Part shown: positions 12,790 to 22,383 of the stretch, piece after piece
How positions within the stretch are numbered: position 1 is the first letter of the stretch
Layout: the number at the start of each line of letters is the position of its first letter
Source: Nemertoderma westbladi
Lineage: Eukaryota; Animalia; Xenacoelomorpha
Length of the DNA stretch: 64,000 nt
Direction of reading: 5' to 3'
Assembly: GCA_032718475.1 (NCBI GenBank)
Contig: JAUCBJ010007300.1
Location: 62,001 to 126,000, forward strand
Position numbers and translations under genes: made by a program
Notes under the pieces: model-generated
Databases searched by the model: none
The model's input: only the letters and a program-made list of their open reading frames with translations
Told to the model about the DNA's origin: nothing

Positions 12790-13035
12790 TATGGGAGTCC
12801 ATGCTGGGCTCTAACTGCTGAGGACACCAAATCTCTGGATGGCACATTCACAAGAATGCTACGCCGGGTTCATAGTGTCAAGTACAATGCACACATCTCC
12901 AACCAGACACTATATAACATTGGAGGTGTCTCATTGGTTCCCCCAAGATTGACACTAGAACAAAATCGCCTCCGCTTTGCAGGACATTGCTTTCGCCGTG
13001 AGGACCAGCCAGTGCATAATCTTGTACTTTGGCAG
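12790..13035 (+). mobile_element. Continuation of the interrupted RTE copy, cut at the BEL LTR
   Basis: Starts with the TSD copy; RFAGHCFRREDQPVHNLVLWQ, then LTR TGTTG at 13036. Confidence 0.9.
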
Positions 13036-14642
13036 TGTTGCCGTTATCCCAACACCAGGGGGGAAAAACGCCGATGCTGGAGACGTGACTTTACAGACCA
13101 CCGAGCCCCGGCCAGTCACCGGATATTGATTGTGGGGAGGGAATGTTTTCTGAGATGCAGGGTTGCGGTTGAGAAAAAGCTGCATTAGTTGGATATACTC
13201 TTTAATGTAACTGAACTCTGTTGAACCTTGTTCACAATATTGAACCCTGATTAAGAATAATTTTGGGCTTCCCCAAATCAATATACACCAAATATTCACA
13301 ATAATTATACACGATAATATAAATCCCTACGGTATATTATTTAATAACCCACTGTTCGCTCAGAATTTTAGCCTACCTAATGTTCCCAGATTTTCCCTCA
13401 GTCCCAGTCTTAGTGCCGTAGTGTCGGTGTCGGTCGACCCTGTCGCGTGTCCGTTCCACCCCTCACGAACCCCGAAGGGAACGATCATCGAGAACCAGCA
13501 CGGCTTGGCTAAGGGTCGGTCCAGTCGGTAGACTCTGTCGCGTATCCGTACCACCCCTCTCGAACCCCGAAGGGTTCGGTCATCGAGAACCAGTACGGCT
13601 TGGCTAGGAGTCTGTCGTGTCGGTGGACCCGTTCGCGTGTCCGTTCCACCCCTCACGAACCCCGAAGGGTTCGATCATCGAGAACCAGAACGGCTTGGCT
13701 AGGGGTCCGTCGGTTCATCACAGAAACCCAACCACCTAGGCTTTCCGAGTCCGTTTCAGGCTCGTAGTCGCTTCGGCAGCCGAGAAACTGCTCCGAACAG
13801 TCGGTAGGCCAGTAGAGTCTAGTCGAGTCTAGTCCTTTGTCTTTCGACCCCATCGCGTGTCCGCTCCACCCCTCACGAACCCCGAAGGGAACGATCATCG
13901 AGAACCAGAACGGCTTGGCTAAGGGGTCTGTCGTCGGTTCCCGTCGCAAATCCCAGTACAAGCAGTCAGCGTTCTGAGTTCTTTTCAGGCTCGTAGTAGC
14001 TGCCGTTGACCAGAGACCGCTAAGGGCAGTCCTTGTCAAACCTGTCCTGTGGCCAGCCCTTTCGCATGTCCATCCCACCCCTCACGAACCCCGAAGGGAT
14101 CGGTCATCGAGAACCAGTACGGCTTAGGTCAGGGGGCAGTCGTTAGTTGGCCACCTGTTCGCGTGTCCGCTCCACCCCTCACGAACCCCGGGGTTCGATC
14201 ATCGAGAACCAGAACGGCTTGGCTACTAAGGGGCCGTCGGTGCCCGTCGCAAATCCCTGACACAAGCAGTCAGCGGACCGAGTTCTTTTCAGTCTCGTAA
14301 TGGCTGCTGTTGGCCAGGGACCGCTAAGGGCAGTCCTTGTCCTTTAGGCCTGGCGCATTACCAAATCCACCCCTACAGGCAGCAGGAAGTTGGCCAGGGC
14401 CTAATAGTACTCAGGCTAACCTGAATACTGCTTGCATTTTCCATCCCCCCTGGCCCTTATAACTATGAAATTATTCCCGTACCCTGTAAGTTGCCCCAAA
14501 GTTCGCCCATAAATCGCCCCCAGTTTATTGAATGTGCCCAAAACCCATGGTCCCGCACCCAGTAGTAATATCGGAATAATCAATTTTAATAAAATACAAA
14601 AATATTCAACTCGCGTTATGGAAAGTTGAAATACCGCGAACA
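13036..14642 (-). repeat. 3' LTR (1607 bp)
   Basis: TGTTGCCG...GCGAACA; about 7 substitutions relative to 22384-23990 by manual comparison. Confidence 0.95.
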
Positions 14643-14808
14643 GTCCCCCCCAATGACCTTCGTGAAGTCTGTCGGTCGATTGAGTTTGCGTAGGTCATTC
14701 CCAATATAAAAAACCCAAATTTAATATTGCATAGTTTTTTAATTAATTTGGCCTAGAGTTTGTATAAAAATAAATGTTCGATAAATGTTCCTGGAATATC
14801 CCAATCCA

Positions 14809-16752
14809 CTATTTCTTTTTCTGGTACGCCTTTCGTCTCTTCGCCCGTCGACTCTCATCGATCGCTATGGCTGGTAGAGGAGCGTCAACATCCATTGTGA
14901 GTAACGCTTCGGCTTGTCTCCTGGCGGCTCTTCCTTTCGAAGGCATCGGGATCATGTCGGTTCGTCTTTCCAACTCGGAGTTGCGTGCCTCTAGGAACCA
15001 TTCTCCGTCACCGAACTCCTCTTTATACGAGTATAATCGTCTAATAACTTCGAATGGGCCGAATAATCCAGCGCTCAGTAGCAGATCCACGTAATGGAAA
15101 GGTAGCGTGGCCGACGTGTGGAGGCGTTCCGGGAAGGAGAAATATCCGCACGCCATCTCCTGCGCGATATTCCGAGCGTTTCTCCGAAACTTGGTCTTTA
15201 AGTGGCTGTTTGCGTATGTCTCAAACATGACCATATTGCCCATAGCGGTTACGTCTTTGGTAGGACATTTGATATAGCAGCGGGGGCTAGCGGAATGTCC
15301 ACGGAAACCGCACGTGGTGCAGAGGTTATAAAGGATCGGACAGACCGAAACGTCGTGGCCCGATATCGCGCAGTATGGGCAATAGAGTATCCCGAGGAGC
15401 TGGAGGCAAGAATCGGTAACCCGATTCCTTCTGCCGCGTGGGCACTGCTCCGAGCCGCAGTCGCCGCATACCTCCAACTGCGTTTCTCGACCGGGGAATA
15501 TCGGAATCGGGACGCCGACGTAGTATTCGAGTCGTCGGTCGCTCTCGTCCCAGGAATCGATAACGGCGGGCGTTTTCGATTCTCCCGGTGTAATGTTCTC
15601 GACCGCTTTAAACGCATGGTTTATAACCTCGTTCCAGTCGTAGTCGACGAAGGAAAGGGGGACTGCCGTAATAAGGTTATCGAGAGTTCTACAGATAAAC
15701 TTAGCGACGGTGTAGCACTCCATAACGACGTAGATATAGCTCCGTCGATCGGGATTCTCCCACCTTTGGTGTATCGTCCACTTCCGATCGACGTCCTTCC
15801 ATCGACCCTCTCGCTCGCTCTTTATCTCTAATCCCGGGTATCCGCCGTATATTTTATTATAGTCCCGGTATTTCTGGGGTTTGAAGTCGATACCGCCGTT
15901 TAGCACAGCGAGGTAGCCGATCCCGGATTTCGTCGGTCTCACTTCTTGGAATCCTCGCATGAATTCGGCGAATCTTAACCAGGCTAGCAGCGTTTGAGTG
16001 TCGATGCAATGGCTAAGTGCGTTGAGGTCGTTTCGTCGGTTTCTTCCTGCGGGAGCGTTCGCGTAGTCGTTCCGGACGTCCGCCTTGATATCCGACCCGA
16101 TTTTAATGACGTCGAAGTCGAAGAGGATCTTTTGGATTTCCGGAGGCAGCAACCAGATCGCTCCGGCTGCCTGCACTTCCTGTCTGGGTGTCGGGAATAT
16201 TCGGCACACCAGTACCAAACCGTCCAGGGTTCAGAGGACGACGACTAAGGATCGACCATATTCTTTCGCCCCGTACTTTTCCTGGTAGTCGTCGCGGTTC
16301 TGGATAATCGATACGCGTTCCTCTCGAAGCGTCGCCGTACACTCCGACAGGTTTCCCCAGTGGGCGAGGTACGTACTCTTGTCGTCGACGAAACTTTGAC
16401 ATCTCGCCAACGTAATCGCTTTCGATGTGGGCGTCGCGTTTCCCTCGTTGTCGTAGATCAAACATCGGGATCTGTAGACGCTCTGCCGGAACGTTTCCCA
16501 AAACGACGAATCGTCCCCTCCGGTTGCCTTTGCGTTCCGAGTTCTTTTCAGTCTCGTACTAGCATCGGCTAACCGGAGGGCTCGTAGATTCTTAGAATCC
16601 GGTCCCTCTCGCCCGGTGAATTTAATGACTCGCACGTTCTCATTTAGCAGGGTGCTCCAATTTGTATCAAAGTCAGGGGATCCGGGTTGCGAATATTCCA
16701 GTAGATCTATCGTGTTACGTAATTCGCCGATAATTTGGCGATTTGGGTCCAT
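14809..16752 (-). CDS. Cargo ORF: DEDDy-type (WRN/EXD/RNase D-like) 3'-5' exonuclease + CCHC zinc knuckles, with one in-frame TGA at 16233-16231
   Basis: ORFs 16231-16752 and 14809-16218 are in the same frame (VVVL*TLDGLVLV). ExoI-like IYDNEG; LPPEIQKILFDFDVIKIGSDIKADV; CIDTQ; ExoIII-like WENPDRRSYIYVVMECY; CPYCAISGHDVSVC; CTTCGFRGHSASPRC. Confidence 0.72.
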
Positions 16753-17304
16753 ATTTACGATTATATCCGTTACAAATTAGTTCAGTTAATTATAAGTCCA
16801 GAAAGTCTGAAACTATAGCGATAGCAGAATAATTCAGTTTTTTATTTAATTCAGTTTATTAAATAACATTGCTATATAGGCATCTATCATCTTATTGCTA
16901 ATACATTCAGCATTTACAGTTACTATAGCTATACATAATATCCAACCAGTTTTTTATGACTTTTTTGTCCTTTTTTTTCCAATTCTTTTCTTTGACCTCT
17001 TTTATACCTTTTTTTGTCTTTTTTCATTTCATTATTATTTCATCTCATTTCATTTATTTCCACATATATTTCAACATTTAGTTCCACCATTTATTTCACA
17101 TTTATTTATTTCCACATCATCATTGGGTTTATAGCCCCCCGGCTATCATCATTGTTTATAAGCGCAGCACCAGGGTGCACATCATTTCATTTTCATCAGT
17201 ATACGCGTCATCATTCAGGTTTATAGTAGAGTTGTCTGATCCTTTTCATCGTTTCCAACTATATTCAATCATTTTCTTTGGTTAATCTTTGTCGTGGAAG
17301 GGGT

Positions 17305-17714
17305 GTTACGCGGCAATCTAGGATCTACAGCTGGACTCGTTACACCGCCTACGCCCCAAACTGCGCACGTAACGGACAATGAAGACGCTGAGAGTGAAGT
17401 CACGTGGATGCACCATGGACCCACCAGAATAACACTCCCAACAACATAAAGCTCAGTCGACGAAGTCATGTGGGATGGGGTTACGCAACATTCTGGGATC
17501 TACAGCTGGACTCGTTACACCGCCTACGCCCCAAAATCCACGCAACGGTCCCACCAGAATAACGCGACTGAGAACATAAAACCCTCTATCGTCGAAGTCA
17601 CGTGGATGCACCATGGACCCACCAGAATAACGGGATAGAGGGGGTGTTGCGCGGCAATCCGGGATCTACAGCTGGACTCGTTACACCGCCTACGCCCCGA
17701 ACTGCGCACGCAAC
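17305..17714 (-). repeat. Three ~70-nt structured repeats in the spacer between pol and the cargo ORF
   Basis: Invariant core GGATCTACAGCTGGACTCGTTACACCGCCTACGCCCC (plus strand) in copies 17305-17373, 17480-17546 and 17646-17714; flanking stems covary. Confidence 0.8.
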
Positions 17715-17993
17715 GGACAACATAACATACTGCAATGAATACAATGAATTCCACTTCAAATCTTTGCCATTTCCAATAATCCAATATCGTAGGTCCTGAT
17801 GACCAAAATCAGGGTAAACAATACATAAACGACCCTGCGTCAGTCGAAACATCTGCAGGGTGATGCTGGACTCCACATATCACACGAGGAAACACAAATA
17901 CCATTGCGTGGTTACAGTTGGTTTAAGGGGGGTCCATAATTCGTTGTCGATAAATCACAGTTTATAAGAGTTTGTCAACATGATGAGAAGGGT

Positions 17994-20900
17994 TTAAACA
18001 CATTTGTCATTGTCACCGATGTCTGCAGCAGGATCCGTAGTAGGGATCTTATCACCTCTTGTAGAATCACCACTGTCATTGCCTTCAAGAAGGCACAGCT
18101 TCTGGATGGGGCGTTGGTAGTGGCCCGCTTTCGTTCGTATCGTCACAGTCCTCGCAAGTCCGTCTTTGCTTGGGTGTATGGTCACGACCCGCGCCACAGG
18201 CCAGTGAACGCGGTCTTTGAGATCTTCTTTAACTAGTACCATGTCGCCAACTGCGACATTCCGGTAGGTGTTGTTCCATTTCCTCCTGGTCCGGAGGGTT
18301 ATGAGGTACTCCTGGGCCCAAATTCTCCACCAATGCGCTGCCAACGCTTGGGCCTTTTTCCAGTTTGTATGTTTCGCGATCTCGTTGGGATCCGGGAACA
18401 TGGTCTCCGGGAGAACGTGGGTTTTGGGTCTCCCCAGTAGGTGGTTAGGAGTGAGGGACTCAACTGAGGCGTTCGCCATCCGGGTATTACGGCAGATTAG
18501 TCCGTGCTCTCCCGTTAATGGTGTCAATGTTATCAACGTCATTATTATCATCAACAATCTTATTAGCCACCAAATCATGGGCACGCGCCAATGTCCGTCT
18601 TTGAACGTGGCCTGATCAAAAATGTTGGTACAATATTGATCTTCCTCGGACGGATTCTCGTCCTTCTCGGCAAACTCTCGGGTCTCCACATTAAAGCATC
18701 CGGTCATCTCCCGCTGGGTTCTCTCGGTTTCCAGAAACAAATCCTCGTCCAGGTTTGTAGTTGAGCAATAACCCATGGAGGTTACATTCTCTTTAATCTG
18801 ACATTTAGGAAGGTAGGTATAGGTGTCCGTAGTTTCCTCCTTAATGCCGCAGAGTGTCCATCCCATTATTGTTCGTTCAGCATAAAATCCGTCATCCTGG
18901 TTTATAGATCGAGCGATATCTCCGGTGGGGATGTGTAGTTCCGGTGTATCAAGTCCGATCAGTAGGGTGATACGGTTCACGTCCAACTGCGGACACCTCA
19001 GATCTACATCGTCTCGGTCCAATTGTATGAGGGGGGCGTACTCGGCTGATTGTCGGAACCGCACCCGGAGGTCTGTGTGTACCAAGGCGTTCTTGATGGT
19101 TAACTTAGCCGTTTCGTAGCCCTTCATCACTCCTTCCATCTGGAGTTGCACCTCCCCGGACTCTACCTCTCTGTTATTGGTGATGGTTTGTATGGGCCGT
19201 TTACAAGGTTCATATTCTAGGCCGAGTTGCTCGAGGAAATCCCGGTCGATGATAGTTCCGTCAGACCCGTTATCGAGGAACGCGAGTGTCGTCAAAGATT
19301 TGCCGACTCCTTGGATCCTTACTGGGATTACCTTTGCGAAAACCATGTAGCGGCGATTTATAAGATTAATCGTGGCCGAAATATTGGTTACTTGTGGTGT
19401 ATCGGTGGAGATCTTAAACGGGTTGGTTTCTCTCCGTTGGGTTGTCCGGGTTCCTTTGAAGATGTGGTTTGTTTCTCCTCTTCGCCTGGCTTCGATCCGA
19501 AAGGGGAGGGTAGTAAAATCGAAGTTCGCGGGGATGTGGAGGAGCGTGTGATGGCGTTGGTCGTTACAGACAGTACAGCATGATCTTTGGTCGCACTCCC
19601 GAACATAGTGACCTGTTCCAAGACACCGGAAGCATCCTCGGTGTTTCATTATCGCCTCGAAGCGTGGGACGAGTTCGGCGAACTGAAACTTTCTGCAGAA
19701 TTCCACTTTGTGTTTCTCCCCACAGAAGAGACATATAGGGGAGGCTGTGGTGCCTTCCCTTTCGGGTGCCCAATTCGCTAGGTAGCATGCCCATTCTTCT
19801 GCTAAGGTCGGTTCCTCGTAATCCTCGTCATCCGAGTCCTCAGCCATACTGATGGCCATCGCACTCACAGGAGTAGGGCGGAATCTTGGGTTTGGAGTGG
19901 GTGCCCTGCTCTGGTAATTGCCCTCCATTGCGTCCAACTTGGCGAGACTTTGTTTCGAGAACATCGAGTCATTCATGGCTTCGGAGATATCGTCCAGGAA
20001 TGCCGACATTTCGAGGAAGCTGGGATCTTGATCTGGATGTCTGCGCCGGAGATCTACGCATTTATAGGCCCACTTACTTTGCAGCCATCCGGGGAACTTC
20101 CGGGCGATCTGTCGGAGGTTTAGAATGTTGTTCACCTGGTCCTCCTTATTTAAGGGTTTCAGAGTATAATAGGCATCTTTCATAGAGTCGGAGAATTCCT
20201 GTATGTTCTGTGGGTCCCCTAGTGATCCCGCATCCTGTATCAGTCTCTCTAGAGTTTTATTAATTATAGTTCCGGTATTTCCGTATCTTTTGTCTAGAGT
20301 TTTCCATGCGTCATAGTATGCCTCATGAGAACCTCCTTCAAAACATGCAACAATTCTGCGTGGTTTGTCACCCAGGTATTGCGATAAATATACCAATTTC
20401 TGTGCGTCGGCTATGTCCGTTGATCCAATATGCGCAAAGAACCGTTTCTTGAATCTGAGGTAATCGACGGGATCTCCTTCGAAGGTGCGAATCTCCATCT
20501 TCGGCATGGCAAGGCGGTTCTCCAACGCCCGGATGATGCTGACGTCGTCTGAACTGGAGTGACTCGGAGGGTTATAGTTATTGGCACTCACTCCCATACT
20601 TGATGGATCAATGATAGGCGGAGTTTTAATAATGACGCGGCTGCGAGTTTGTGGTGTTGATGTAAATGGGTTGTTTGATCGGGGAGTGGCGTCCCGTTCC
20701 GAGTCCTTTTCAGGCTCGTACTTGGGTACACTCGCTGTCGTGGTGTTGGATGGGAAATAGGGTTCCTCATTCTTTAACGTAGCCGGTGGGGGATGGAACA
20801 CCGGGGCTTGTGCCGATAGCGTAGACTGTTTGGTAGGCGGGATCTCGAGTTTCGGAGGTTTCGTCGCTGTTGGTGTAAATGACTTTTCTAACTCCGGTAT

Positions 20901-21944
20901 CGGAATTGGTTCATATTCCTGATCTATATCCCTTTCCCAGTCCTCGTAGAGTTGAATATCTCGTTCTATAAGTGCGGCCTCGTATTCCGCCAGTTTCGCA
21001 ATATCTGCATTCTTTTTGTGAGTGAGAATCGCTTGGGCCTCGGCGTGTTGTTTACGCATTTCTGCTTCCCATTTACGTTGTTCGATCTCTTGTTTGGCCT
21101 CTCGTTCATGTTGTTCGATCTCTCGTTTGGCCTCTCGTTCACGTTGTTCGATCTCTCGTTGGGCCTCTCGTTCACGTTGTTCGATCTCTCGTTGGGCCTC
21201 TTGTTCACGTTGTTCAATCTCTCGTTGGGCCTCTTGTTCACGTTGTTCGATCTCCTGTCTGCGTTGTTCGACCCGTCGTTCGACCTCTTGTTCGGCCTCT
21301 CGCTTTTGTGTTTCGGCGGCTAATACATCTTGCTCGGCTTGCAGTTGAATATACTCATCTTCCATCCGAGCTTTGAGGGCTAATGCCTTCCGTTCTCGCA
21401 GTTGGTCTCGGAGTGGCTGACCCCCTTGAGAGCTATGCGCTGAGCCGGATCTCTCGCTCCTAGCGCTGGAGTGCTGATTTCTAGCGGACCCCGTTCTTTT
21501 TTGATGTACTGCCGTCCTGATGCTGGAGGATCGTACTGATTCCGCGTCCGTTCTTTCAGCCCTTTTGTAGTACTGTTCCTCATAGCCTCTCACAAGGCTG
21601 AGGGTCCTCCGGTGTTGTTTGCGGAACCAATCTAGATGTACAACGTGTTCTTCCAACTTGGGGTAGTTTTCCTGATCGGTGGAGGGAACGAGATCTTGGT
21701 ACGCCTGTATCATTCTTTCGTACCGCTGTAGGATATTTCGGATACTTTGCAGCTGAGTTTGTACCTCATTGAGGGGGGTTTTGACTCCCTTGAGTTGTTT
21801 CTCCATCCGTTGATACGCTCGGGTTACTCCGCCTTTAAGGGCCCCTAACCGACGGGTCATGTTCTTGACATTTGGTACCTCGTCGGTTTCCGAGTCTGTG
21901 TGGTGATCCATCTCGTCGGTATCGGATACGTTATTTGTTGTCAT
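17994..21944 (-). CDS. BEL/Pao gag-protease fused in frame to the integrase C-terminal region; RT, RNase H and integrase core absent
   Basis: FEGDPVDYLRF/KLVYL gag core; BEL triple knuckle CLFCGEKHKVEFC, CFRCLGTGHYVREC, CTVC..HHTLLH; protease AFLDNGSD; LTPNHLLG...WAQEYL...VGDMVLV...WP...DG..R.V...RPIQKLCLL; no YVDD. Confidence 0.92.
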   Translation of the reverse strand: MTTNNVSDTDEMDHHTDSETDEVPNVKNMTRRLGALKGGVTRAYQRMEKQLKGVKTPLNEVQTQLQSIRNILQRYERMIQAYQDLVPSTDQENYPKLEEHVVHLDWFRKQHRRTLSLVRGYEEQYYKRAERTDAESVRSSSIRTAVHQKRTGSARNQHSSARSERSGSAHSSQGGQPLRDQLRERKALALKARMEDEYIQLQAEQDVLAAETQKREAEQEVERRVEQRRQEIEQREQEAQREIEQREQEAQREIEQREREAQREIEQREREAKREIEQHEREAKQEIEQRKWEAEMRKQHAEAQAILTHKKNADIAKLAEYEAALIERDIQLYEDWERDIDQEYEPIPIPELEKSFTPTATKPPKLEIPPTKQSTLSAQAPVFHPPPATLKNEEPYFPSNTTTASVPKYEPEKDSERDATPRSNNPFTSTPQTRSRVIIKTPPIIDPSSMGVSANNYNPPSHSSSDDVSIIRALENRLAMPKMEIRTFEGDPVDYLRFKKRFFAHIGSTDIADAQKLVYLSQYLGDKPRRIVACFEGGSHEAYYDAWKTLDKRYGNTGTIINKTLERLIQDAGSLGDPQNIQEFSDSMKDAYYTLKPLNKEDQVNNILNLRQIARKFPGWLQSKWAYKCVDLRRRHPDQDPSFLEMSAFLDDISEAMNDSMFSKQSLAKLDAMEGNYQSRAPTPNPRFRPTPVSAMAISMAEDSDDEDYEEPTLAEEWACYLANWAPEREGTTASPICLFCGEKHKVEFCRKFQFAELVPRFEAIMKHRGCFRCLGTGHYVRECDQRSCCTVCNDQRHHTLLHIPANFDFTTLPFRIEARRRGETNHIFKGTRTTQRRETNPFKISTDTPQVTNISATINLINRRYMVFAKVIPVRIQGVGKSLTTLAFLDNGSDGTIIDRDFLEQLGLEYEPCKRPIQTITNNREVESGEVQLQMEGVMKGYETAKLTIKNALVHTDLRVRFRQSAEYAPLIQLDRDDVDLRCPQLDVNRITLLIGLDTPELHIPTGDIARSINQDDGFYAERTIMGWTLCGIKEETTDTYTYLPKCQIKENVTSMGYCSTTNLDEDLFLETERTQREMTGCFNVETREFAEKDENPSEEDQYCTNIFDQATFKDGHWRVPMIWWLIRLLMIIMTLITLTPLTGEHGLICRNTRMANASVESLTPNHLLGRPKTHVLPETMFPDPNEIAKHTNWKKAQALAAHWWRIWAQEYLITLRTRRKWNNTYRNVAVGDMVLVKEDLKDRVHWPVARVVTIHPSKDGLARTVTIRTKAGHYQRPIQKLCLLEGNDSGDSTRGDKIPTTDPAADIGDNDKCV

Positions 21945-22132
21945 TGTAACGCCTCGTCGATGGCTAGATACGCGATGTCGTAAAACAGTTCCTCGTAGGT
22001 ATTGTACTCAGCTTGGACCACCCGAACAGTAATCCTGAATCGTCCAACGTTCGTTCCTTGCACCTCAACTTCGACGTGCCAGATTCCTGGCTCAACTTGA
22101 ATTATATCAATGGGTGTGATCGATACTTCCAT
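21941..22132 (-). CDS. 63-aa upstream ORF whose stop overlaps the gag ATG (ATGA)
   Basis: ATG start, protein-like beta-beta-beta-alpha pattern, 4-nt overlap with gag. Confidence 0.45.
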   Translation of the reverse strand: MEVSITPIDIIQVEPGIWHVEVEVQGTNVGRFRITVRVVQAEYNTYEELFYDIAYLAIDEALQ

Positions 22133-22383
22133 TCCCTGTTAACAACTCTCCAAATATGTGATCTGCCGACTACGAGTTGGTTAGATCGAGTTTGCTGATT
22201 AATTAAACCACGACTTTGTCTCAACTCAAATACCAGAGTTTCCTCGTAGTGGGTGCTGGCAAGCACGTAGAGAGTTTTTGAAGAGTATTGAAGGATTCTC
22301 AACTTCCACCAGTTGAAGTTGACCGTAATTATCCTTAATTTTGACACCGTGTCAAAATTAACCGCATTAATTATTCTTAATTT

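Noticed and set aside
13443-14230. LTR repeat-spacer array as CRISPR or hammerhead ribozymes
   Set aside because: Eukaryotic LTR context, irregular spacers and no cas genes; CUCGAUGA is not the CUGANGA core and GAAA is missing after the stem
13360-14300. ORFs inside the LTRs (also 22708-23648)
   Set aside because: Non-ATG starts or repeat-derived, with no protein motifs
15202-15831. 209-aa plus-strand ORF
   Set aside because: Antisense shadow of the GC-rich cargo ORF, no motifs
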